A stretch of 37,711 bases of DNA from Vicinamibacteria bacterium (GTDB lineage: Bacteria; Acidobacteriota; Vicinamibacteria; Vicinamibacterales; CAVVIG01). Of the stretch, positions 17,196-24,378 are shown piece after piece. Location of the stretch: contig JBGPJH010000002.1 in the NCBI GenBank assembly GCA_041485305.1, positions 1-37,711 on the forward strand, written 5' to 3'. Each line of letters begins with the position of its first letter. Position 1 is the first letter of the stretch. The translations under genes were made by a program, and so were the position numbers. Below the pieces are notes generated by a model that was given only the letters and a program-made list of their open reading frames with translations, was not told where the DNA came from and searched no databases.

Positions 17196-19241
17196 GTGAT
17201 GCTGCTGCTGATCCCGGCTCTTCCTTTCGTTGGGTTTCTTCTGAACGCCGGTCTCGGCCGGCGCCTGACGAAGCCTCAGTCCGGCGCGATCGCCGTGGGC
17301 TCGATGGTCGGATCCTTTGCGGTGTCTCTGGGAGCCGTGTATTCACTCCTCGGTCAGGCGCCAGGGTCCCGGGCGATCACGCGGCGGGTGTTCAACTGGA
17401 TCACGTCGGGCGAGTTCGTGGCCGACGTCACGCTGCGGCTCGACCCGTTGTCGTCGCTGATGATCCTCGTGGTCTCCGGCATCGGCCTGCTGATTCACAT
17501 CTATTCGACCGCGTACATGCGCGAGGAGCGCGACGGGGAGTTTGCACGATACTTCTCGTACTTGAACCTGTTCGCGGCGTTCATGCTGGTGCTGGTGCTC
17601 GGCGCCAACTTCCTCGTGATGTTCGTCGGGTGGGAAGGCGTGGGCTTGTGCTCGTACCTGCTGATCGGGTTCTGGTACACGAAGCAGGCGGCAGCCGACG
17701 CCGGGAAAAAGGCCTTCATCGTCAACCGCGTCGGCGATGCCGGGTTCGTGCTGGGGGTGCTGCTCCTGTTCGTGCGATTCGGGACCCTCGACTTTCAGGA
17801 GGTGGCGCGGGCGGCGGCGGGCCTCCGCCCGGAGGCCACGTTCGGCACGCTCTCGCTCATCACCTTATTGCTCTTCGTGGGTGCGACCGGCAAGTCGGCT
17901 CAGATTCCGCTGTTCGTGTGGCTGCCCGACGCCATGGAGGGTCCCACGCCCGTGTCGGCCCTGATTCACGCCGCCACGATGGTGACCGCCGGGGTCTACC
18001 TGATCGGGCGGAACGCGGTCCTGTTCAGCCAGGCTCCTCAGACATTGGCAGTGGTCGCGCTGGTCGGCGTGGTCACTGCGCTCGGCGCCGCGACGATCGG
18101 ACTGGTTCAGAACGACATCAAGCGCGTGCTCGCCTATTCGACGATCTCTCAGCTCGGCTACATGTTCCTGGCCATGGGCGTGGGGGCGTACGGGGCGGGC
18201 ATCTTCCATCTCTACACCCACGCCTTCTTCAAGGCGCTGCTGTTTCTTGGTGCCGGCGCGGTGATTCACGCGCTGGCCGGAGAGCAGGATTTGAGGCGCA
18301 TGGGTGGGCTCCGGAAGGACTTGCCGCTCACATACTGGACGTTCCTCGTGGGGGCGCTGGCGATCGCGGGCGTGCCCGGCCTCGCCGGGTTCTTCAGCAA
18401 AGACGAGATCCTCTCGCGCACGTACTCGGGCGGTCACCTCTTCCTGTGGGTCGTCGGGCTGCTCACGTCGCTGCTCACTGCGATCTACATGTTCCGGCTG
18501 GTGTTCCTCGCCTTCCACGGCGAGCGCCGCCCGGCCCGGCTGGCCGCGACCCCACCTCATGGCGGACAAGACGAGCGAGCGTTCCACCATCGCCTCGGCG
18601 TGCCATTTCCCATGGCGCTGGTGCTGGTGGTTCTAGCAATTGGCTCGGTTCTGGCCGGCTACATCGGCTTACCCAAAGCGCTCGGTGGCTCCAGTCTCCA
18701 ACGCTTCCTCGAACCGAGCTTTGCGGCTGCCGATACTGCGACCACCGTGGCGATAGTGCCAGGAGCTCCACGCGCCGCGCCAGGCGATATCGGTGCCGGG
18801 CGGGATCTGACGGACAATTCCCAACTGCGCGCGACGAGGGCAGAAGACGGCCCGGCGCGCGAGCTGGGGTTGATGGGGGTGTCGACCGCCGTGGCGCTCG
18901 GTGGCGTGGGCCTCGCGGTGTTCTTCTTCTTGAAGAATCCGCGCGCCGCCAGCCGGGTTGCCGAGCGATTCGCGGGCGTCCGCACGGTCCTTCTCAACAA
19001 GTACTACGTCGACGAGATCTACGACCGGGCAATCGTGCAGCCGATGCGGCTTGTGGCCGATCGGGGTCTGTGGAAAGGAGTCGACGCCCGTCTCATCGAC
19101 GGCGCGGTCGATGGGCTTGGCGAGACCCTCCCCCGACTGGGCGAGCTGGTGCGCCGGGTTCAGACAGGATCGGTTCGCGCGTACGCAGCGTCCCTGTTCC
19201 TCGGTGTCGTGCTGGTGCTCAGCTACTTCTGGTGGAGATGA
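17196..19241 (+). CDS. nuoL: NADH-quinone oxidoreductase subunit L
   Basis: 681 aa antiporter-like subunit. WEGVGLCSYLLIGFWY, ...GKSAQIPLFVWLPDAMEGPTPVSALIHAATMVTAGVY. The start is either GTG at 17196 or the adjacent ATG at 17199. Confidence 0.93.
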   Translation: MMLLLIPALPFVGFLLNAGLGRRLTKPQSGAIAVGSMVGSFAVSLGAVYSLLGQAPGSRAITRRVFNWITSGEFVADVTLRLDPLSSLMILVVSGIGLLIHIYSTAYMREERDGEFARYFSYLNLFAAFMLVLVLGANFLVMFVGWEGVGLCSYLLIGFWYTKQAAADAGKKAFIVNRVGDAGFVLGVLLLFVRFGTLDFQEVARAAAGLRPEATFGTLSLITLLLFVGATGKSAQIPLFVWLPDAMEGPTPVSALIHAATMVTAGVYLIGRNAVLFSQAPQTLAVVALVGVVTALGAATIGLVQNDIKRVLAYSTISQLGYMFLAMGVGAYGAGIFHLYTHAFFKALLFLGAGAVIHALAGEQDLRRMGGLRKDLPLTYWTFLVGALAIAGVPGLAGFFSKDEILSRTYSGGHLFLWVVGLLTSLLTAIYMFRLVFLAFHGERRPARLAATPPHGGQDERAFHHRLGVPFPMALVLVVLAIGSVLAGYIGLPKALGGSSLQRFLEPSFAAADTATTVAIVPGAPRAAPGDIGAGRDLTDNSQLRATRAEDGPARELGLMGVSTAVALGGVGLAVFFFLKNPRAASRVAERFAGVRTVLLNKYYVDEIYDRAIVQPMRLVADRGLWKGVDARLIDGAVDGLGETLPRLGELVRRVQTGSVRAYAASLFLGVVLVLSYFWWR

Positions 19242-19260
19242 CGTTCTCTCGCGAAGCGTG

Positions 19261-20976
19261 ATGCCGTTTCCGATTCTCACCTCGCTCGTCGCGCTGCCCA
19301 TCGCCGGCGCCATTCTGCTGCTCTTGGTGCGCTCGGATGAGGGCCGCGACCGCCTGGTCCGCAACATCGCCTTGGTGGTGTCGATCCTCGTCTTCGCCGA
19401 GACGCTGCTGCTCTGGTCGCGGTTCGATCCCACATCGGCCGACTTCCAGTTCGTGGAGCGTCACGCCTGGATTCCTTCCTTCGGCATCGCCTACGCGGTC
19501 GGCGTGGACGGTATTAGTTTGATGCTGCTCGTGCTCACCGGACTCCTCACGCCGCTGGCGCTCCTGAGCGCCTGGGAGTCCATTCACCGGAAGACGCGCA
19601 CCTTCTGTGTCTTCGTGCTGCTGCTCGAGAGCGCGATGATGGGCGTCTTTGTCTCGCTCGATCTCTTCCTGTTCTACGTGTTCTGGGATGCGATGCTCAT
19701 CCCGATGTACTTCCTGATCGGGATTTGGGGGCACGAGCGCCGCATCTACGCGGCTGTGAAGTTCATGCTGTACACGATGGCGGGCAGCGTCCTGATGCTG
19801 CTCGCGATCCTGGGCCTTGCGATCCTCCACTTATCGGTGCGAGGCAGCTACAGCTTCGATCTCGTGGCGCTGTACGGCATGCCCATTCCTGGGCACCTGC
19901 AGTTCTGGTTCTTCCTGGCGTTTGCACTGGCGTTTGCCATCAAGGTTCCCCTGTTTCCGTTCCACACGTGGCTGCCCGACGCGCACGTCGAGGCACCAAC
20001 CGCCGGGTCGGTCATTCTGGCGGGGGTGCTCCTGAAGATGGGCACCTACGGCCTGGTGCGCTTTGCCTTCCCGCTGTTCCCAGCGGCGGCAACGTTCTTC
20101 GCGCCGTATCTGGCGACCCTCGCGGTGGTTGGCATCATCTACGGCGCCCTGGTCGCGATGGTGCAGCCCGACCTGAAGAAACTGGTGGCCTACTCGAGCG
20201 TCAGCCATCTCGGCTTCGTCGTCCTGGGCATTGCGGCGATGAACATGCAGGGCGTGCAGGGCGCCATCTACCAGATGCTGAACCACGGCGTCAGCACCAG
20301 CGGCCTCTTCTTGATCGTCGGCATGCTGTCGGATCGGCGGCACACACGACTCATCGCGGAGTTCGGTGGGTTGAAGACGGTTGCGCCGAGGCTCGTGGCA
20401 GCGTTCCTGATGGTGACGCTCTCGTCGATCGGATTGCCCGGCCTGAACGGGTTCGTTGGCGAGTTCCTGATTCTGTTGGGTGCGTTTGTGTGGAAACCGC
20501 AAATGGCTGTCCTTGCCGCCACCGGGATGGTTCTGTCGGCCACGTACATGCTGTGGATGTTCCAGCGCGTCAATTACGGGACGGTGAGCGAGAAGAACGT
20601 GTCGCTCTCCGATCTCAGCCGGCGCGAGTGGGTGCTCGTGGCGCCGATCGTCGCCTTGACGGTGCTGATGGGCGTGCTCCCGAATCTCTTCCTGCGGCCG
20701 ATGACGCCGTCCATCGAACGATTGCTGAACCAGGTGCGTCGAGGCGCCCCGGTCGAAGTGCGGGCCTCGGACTGGCGCAGGGTCGACGAGCGGGCGAGGG
20801 GGTGGCGGGCGAGAGCGGCAGGATCGAATATGACGCCCGCCGCGAGGTCCTGGCCACGAGTCAACGCCTGTCGGAGCCAGAGTCGGGGTGAGCTCCCTGC
20901 GAAGGGAGCACGGCGAGTGGGGACCGACGCGTCACCTCGGGATCCGCTCTGCGCACGGGTTGGGGGTGGCGCATGA
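19261..20976 (+). CDS. nuoM: NADH-quinone oxidoreductase subunit M, with an atypical ~75-aa Arg-rich C-terminal tail
   Basis: ATG at 19261 gives MPFPILTSLVALPIAG. AFAIKVPLFPFHTWLPDAHVEAPTAGSVILAGVLLKMGTYG. The frame stays open to the TGA at 20974-20976, which overlaps the nuoN ATG. Confidence 0.88.
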   Translation: MPFPILTSLVALPIAGAILLLLVRSDEGRDRLVRNIALVVSILVFAETLLLWSRFDPTSADFQFVERHAWIPSFGIAYAVGVDGISLMLLVLTGLLTPLALLSAWESIHRKTRTFCVFVLLLESAMMGVFVSLDLFLFYVFWDAMLIPMYFLIGIWGHERRIYAAVKFMLYTMAGSVLMLLAILGLAILHLSVRGSYSFDLVALYGMPIPGHLQFWFFLAFALAFAIKVPLFPFHTWLPDAHVEAPTAGSVILAGVLLKMGTYGLVRFAFPLFPAAATFFAPYLATLAVVGIIYGALVAMVQPDLKKLVAYSSVSHLGFVVLGIAAMNMQGVQGAIYQMLNHGVSTSGLFLIVGMLSDRRHTRLIAEFGGLKTVAPRLVAAFLMVTLSSIGLPGLNGFVGEFLILLGAFVWKPQMAVLAATGMVLSATYMLWMFQRVNYGTVSEKNVSLSDLSRREWVLVAPIVALTVLMGVLPNLFLRPMTPSIERLLNQVRRGAPVEVRASDWRRVDERARGWRARAAGSNMTPAARSWPRVNACRSQSRGELPAKGARRVGTDASPRDPLCARVGGGA

Positions 20977-22418
20977 TGGCTGAGTTTTCGTCCATGGCCG
21001 CCCTGGCGCCCATGGTGTGTGTGACGGCGGCCGCCATCGCCGCCATGACGGCCGAAGCGTTTCGCACCCCGGGCGAGCTGATGCCGATTGGACCGCTCGG
21101 GTTCGTTGGCCTGCTCGGGGCGGCCGCCGCCGCGTTCCTTTTGTGGGATCGCCACGAGACGAGCTTCAGCGTCGTTGTTGCCGACAATTTCGGCCTCTTC
21201 ATCACGTGGGTCCTGATCCTCGTCGGCGTTCTGTCGCTCGCGATGTCGGCCGAGGCCGTCGAACGTGGACGGCTGCCCGCGGGCGAGTACTACGCACTGA
21301 TGCTCTTCGCGATCGCCGGGATGATCTTGATGGCGATGGCGTCGGACCTGCTCGTCATCTTCCTTGCGCTCGAGGTGTTGTCGCTGGCGCTGTACGTGCT
21401 CACCGGCATCGGCCGGGATTCGCCGACCTCGACAGAAGCCGCGTTCAAGTACTTTCTGCTCGGCGCGTTTTCCAGCGCCTTCTTCCTCTATGGCATTGCG
21501 TTCACGTATGGGATGACCGGCAGCACGCGGCTGGATCGCATCGGGAGCGTGGCGGCCGCCCTGGCGACGACGCCGACGCCCATGCAGTGGGTGGCCGTGG
21601 GACTTCTGCTGGTCGGTTTTGCGTTCAAGGTGTCGGCGGTGCCCTTCCACATGTGGACGCCCGATGCCTACGAGGGCGCTCCCTCCGCGGTGACCGGGTT
21701 CATGTCTGCCGGCGTGAAGGCCGCGGCATTTGCCGCTTTCGCCCGTGTGTTCCTGGTTGCGCTGGCGCCGTTCAGGGCCGAGTGGATCGGCGTCCTTCTG
21801 GTGATGGCCGTGGCGACCATGACGGTAGGGACGATCGTCGCCCTGGTTCAGACGAGCGTGAAGCGGATGCTGGCCTACTCGAGCATCGCGCACGGGGGGT
21901 ACCTGCTCGTGGCGCTAGCATCGGCGAACGACGTCGGCGCCGGCGCGCTGCTGTTCTATCTACTGACATATGGGGTCACGAACCTGGGCGCCTTCGGGGT
22001 CGTCGGGCTGCTGGAGCGGGAGGGTCGCCCCAGCCGGCAGGTGCGCGACTATGCCGGCTTGTGGAGCGAGCATCCCTCGCTCGCCGCCCTGATGACGATC
22101 TTCCTGTTGTCGCTCGGTGGGTTTCCGCCATTTGGCGGATTCATCGCGAAGTGGTACGTGTTCACGGCGGCCATCAAGGCCGGTTACGTCTGGCTCGCGA
22201 TCGTCGGCGTGCTGACCAGCGTCGTGTCGGTGGTCTTCTATCTGCGCATCGTCGTCATGATGTACATGACGCCCGCCGCCGCACCCGTGCGCCTTCGCCC
22301 GATCCCCCCAATGACCGGCGCCGCGCTGGTGGCGTCTGCCGCGATCGTGTTCTATCTCGGGATCCTGCCGGCCCGAGTGCTCGGCTGGGCCGCCGACTCT
22401 ATCAGGACCATGTTCTGA
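20973..22418 (+). CDS. nuoN: NADH-quinone oxidoreductase subunit N
   Basis: 481 aa. GFAFKVSAVPFHMWTPDAYEGAPSAVTGFMSAGVKAAAF ... KRMLAYSSIAHGGY. Confidence 0.93.
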   Translation: MMAEFSSMAALAPMVCVTAAAIAAMTAEAFRTPGELMPIGPLGFVGLLGAAAAAFLLWDRHETSFSVVVADNFGLFITWVLILVGVLSLAMSAEAVERGRLPAGEYYALMLFAIAGMILMAMASDLLVIFLALEVLSLALYVLTGIGRDSPTSTEAAFKYFLLGAFSSAFFLYGIAFTYGMTGSTRLDRIGSVAAALATTPTPMQWVAVGLLLVGFAFKVSAVPFHMWTPDAYEGAPSAVTGFMSAGVKAAAFAAFARVFLVALAPFRAEWIGVLLVMAVATMTVGTIVALVQTSVKRMLAYSSIAHGGYLLVALASANDVGAGALLFYLLTYGVTNLGAFGVVGLLEREGRPSRQVRDYAGLWSEHPSLAALMTIFLLSLGGFPPFGGFIAKWYVFTAAIKAGYVWLAIVGVLTSVVSVVFYLRIVVMMYMTPAAAPVRLRPIPPMTGAALVASAAIVFYLGILPARVLGWAADSIRTMF

Positions 22419-22546
22419 GCCTTTTGTCGCCGCACGAGGCCTGAAGCCGGGACCGACGCTCTTGCGAGACACTGGCGCGCGGTGTAACCTCACGCGGCTG
22501 AGGTGCGAGAGGTCAGGGTTGCGTTCACAGAAGGAGGGAGGCTGAC

Positions 22547-22867
22547 ATGCCGAAGTTCATGATCCAGGCGACGTACAACGCAGAAGGAGCACGCGGGCTG
22601 CAGAAGGAAGGGGGGACGGGGAGACGAGCCGCCGTCCAGAAGGTCATCGAGAGCATTGGCGGCAAGGTGGAGAGTTTCTACTTTGCGTACGGCGACCACG
22701 ACGCATATGTCGTGTGTGACGTCCCGGATGCGACGTCTGGTCTGGCGGTCAGTCTGGCCGTGAACGCCTCCGGGAGCGTCCGTGCCTCCACGGTGCCGCT
22801 GATTACGCCCGAGGAAATGGACGCGGTGTCCAAGAAGTCGGTCTCGTACCGAGCGCCAGGCGCTTAA
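22547..22867 (+). CDS. GYD domain-containing protein
   Basis: 106 aa. MPKFMIQATYNAEGARGL...VESFYFAYGDHDAYVV...VSLAVNASGSVRASTVPLITPEEMD fits the GYD family pattern. A strong SD (GAAGGAGGGAGG) lies 6 nt upstream of the ATG. Confidence 0.75.
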   Translation: MPKFMIQATYNAEGARGLQKEGGTGRRAAVQKVIESIGGKVESFYFAYGDHDAYVVCDVPDATSGLAVSLAVNASGSVRASTVPLITPEEMDAVSKKSVSYRAPGA

Positions 22868-22875
22868 GGGCCGGA

Positions 22876-22909
22876 CGGATCCGCCGACGCCAAGGCCACG
22901 GCGGATCCG
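22876..22909 (+). terminator. Stem-loop downstream of the GYD gene (10-bp perfect stem, 14-nt loop)
   Basis: cggatccgcc (22876-22885) pairs with ggcggatccg (22900-22909), followed by attcgtctgtc. The U-tract is weak, so terminator function is uncertain. Confidence 0.4.
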
Positions 22910-22945
22910 ATTCGTCTGTCAGTAGGTTTGTTATGCTACGGGTCG

Positions 22946-23359
22946 ATGGCTTCCGACCCCCCGAAATACCGTCCGCTGGAACGATTCTGGCCCTACGCCG
23001 ACCTGCCCGAGCAGCCAAGCGATGAAGAGCTGGCGGCCATCGATCCGGACTTGCAGGACGCGCTGTTTGGTGCCCGGCCGCGGCCCTTCTCGATCACGCT
23101 TGTCTTTCCACGGCTCGACGTTCCGGATTTCGACCGGGCGCTGGAGATCGCGCGGGGTGCGGCCGAGTTCCGCGAAACCGGTTCGGGCGCAGCCCGACGG
23201 TATCGGGCGCGATTCTGGCCGGGCGACGCGGTCCGCCTGCGCGATCTCTTTCAGATCGTTGGTCCGTCCGATGCCACCGAAGTGCTGATCGACGACCGTC
23301 CGGTACCGTATGCCCGTGAGTTGTGGCTGCCCCTAGTGTGGTTTCTTCTCCCGCGGTGA
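22946..23359 (+). CDS. Hypothetical protein (137 aa)
   Basis: ORF with genome-typical GC3. MASDPPKYRPLERFWPYADLPEQPSDEELAAIDPDL.... TTG at 22928 is an alternative start. I recognise no family. Confidence 0.55.
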   Translation: MASDPPKYRPLERFWPYADLPEQPSDEELAAIDPDLQDALFGARPRPFSITLVFPRLDVPDFDRALEIARGAAEFRETGSGAARRYRARFWPGDAVRLRDLFQIVGPSDATEVLIDDRPVPYARELWLPLVWFLLPR

Positions 23360-23365
23360 CGCGTT

Positions 23366-23950
23366 GTGGCGACCGAGACCGAACGCGATCTGAATCGGCT
23401 CGAGGCGGAGCTGAAGCGGCTCGAGGCCGAATACAACATGTTCTTCGGCGGCCGCTTGCCGAGGCCGCCCTGGGAGACCCGCAGCCGGGTCGCCGCGCTC
23501 GTCAAGCAGTACGACAGCAGGCGCATCCAGAACTACGGCGACCGCTTCCGCTTCACCACGCTCCAGTCGCGCTATGCGGCGTTCGTCGATCTGTGGGACC
23601 GGGGGCAGAGGGCGCGAGAGGAAGGGCGGCCGGGGCCATTCACATATGCGCGGGCCGATCCGGCCGGCCGGGCCGGCCGGGCTGAGGTCCGCATCCTGTA
23701 CGTCGCGTCGTTTCGCGATCCCTTGAGGGAGATGGACAAGCTCCAGGATCTGTACGATGCAGTCGTCGAAGCCCGCCGCAAGGTGGGCCAGGACGCCCTG
23801 CCATTTCACAGGTTTGCCGAGCTCGTGAAGAATCAGGTCGAGAAGTTGAGATCGACGGGAAGTCCGGAGGTGGCGTTTCGCGTCGCGCTGAAGGGTGGGA
23901 AGGTGAACTTTACGGCCAGAGCGCTGAAGGGCGTCACCGGGTCGGGTTGA
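23366..23950 (+). CDS. Hypothetical protein (194 aa) with an N-terminal coiled coil
   Basis: GTG start 6 nt after the upstream stop. LNRLEAELKRLEAEYNMFFGGRLPRPPWETRSRV...NYGDRFRFTTLQSRYAAFVDLWDRG.... I cannot name a family with confidence. Confidence 0.6.
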   Translation: MATETERDLNRLEAELKRLEAEYNMFFGGRLPRPPWETRSRVAALVKQYDSRRIQNYGDRFRFTTLQSRYAAFVDLWDRGQRAREEGRPGPFTYARADPAGRAGRAEVRILYVASFRDPLREMDKLQDLYDAVVEARRKVGQDALPFHRFAELVKNQVEKLRSTGSPEVAFRVALKGGKVNFTARALKGVTGSG

Positions 23951-23998
23951 GCGCCGAAGGTCGAGCCGTCGAAATCCTCGGCCTTCAGCGCGGCGTGA

Positions 23999-24202
23999 TT
24001 AGATCTTGGTAACGTTGCCAGCCTGCGGGCCTTTGGGGCCGTCAACGATCTCGAACTCTACTGCCTGGCCTTCCTCGAGTGAACGGAAGCCGTCACCCGA
24101 AATCGCTGAGTAGTGAACGAAGACATCACTGCCTCCGTCGCGTTCGATGAACCCGTAGCCCTTGGCGTTGTTGAACCACTTGACCTTGCCTGTGATGCGC
24201 AT
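23999..24202 (-). CDS. Cold-shock protein, CspA family
   Basis: 67 aa. [34 protein letters not shown]... carries the RNP1 (KGYGFI) and RNP2 (VFVHY) motifs. SD AGGAAG lies upstream. Confidence 0.95.
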   Translation of the reverse strand: MRITGKVKWFNNAKGYGFIERDGGSDVFVHYSAISGDGFRSLEEGQAVEFEIVDGPKGPQAGNVTKI

Positions 24203-24286
24203 CGTTCTTCTTCCTGCTTGCTGTGGCGCGGCACTCGTGCCGCGTCAGTGAACCAACTCCGGCGAAAGGCGAACTCATACCGGAGC

Positions 24287-24317
24287 AAAAAAAAAGGCCG
24301 CATGTGCGGCCTTTCCC
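24287..24317 (-). terminator. Canonical intrinsic terminator-like hairpin inside the csp 5' leader
   Basis: The minus strand reads GGGAAAGGCCGC-ACAT-GCGGCCTTTTTTTTTGCTCC: a GC stem followed by a 9-U tract. It lies ~85 nt upstream of the csp ATG and downstream of the predicted promoter. Confidence 0.6.
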
Positions 24318-24349
24318 TTACGGCGCCAGGCCCGCCCGGCGTCGAAGAG

Positions 24350-24378
24350 ATAATACTGGACTTTGCCCCTTATGCCAA
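24350..24378 (-). promoter_or_regulatory. Sigma70-like promoter for csp (TTGGCA-N17-TATTAT)
   Basis: The minus strand reads tcTTGGCAtaaggggcaaagtccagTATTATctcttc. The -35 (24378-24373) overlaps the purH start codon on the other strand. The predicted leader is ~140 nt. Confidence 0.5.

Noticed and set aside
20790-20891. Possible small ORF in an alternative frame within the nuoM tail (tail end of the 19725-20891 frame, ...GESGRIEYDARREVLATSQRLSEPESG*).
   Set aside because: It has only a locally higher GC3, with no start codon or SD context and no recognisable family. The evidence is insufficient to call a gene.
23951-23991. Imperfect stem gcgc-c-gaagg / ccttc-a-gcgc between the convergent hypothetical gene and csp, as a bidirectional terminator.
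   Set aside because: It has one mismatch, a 21-nt loop and no U-tract on either side. It may still help 3'-end formation, but I cannot support a terminator call.
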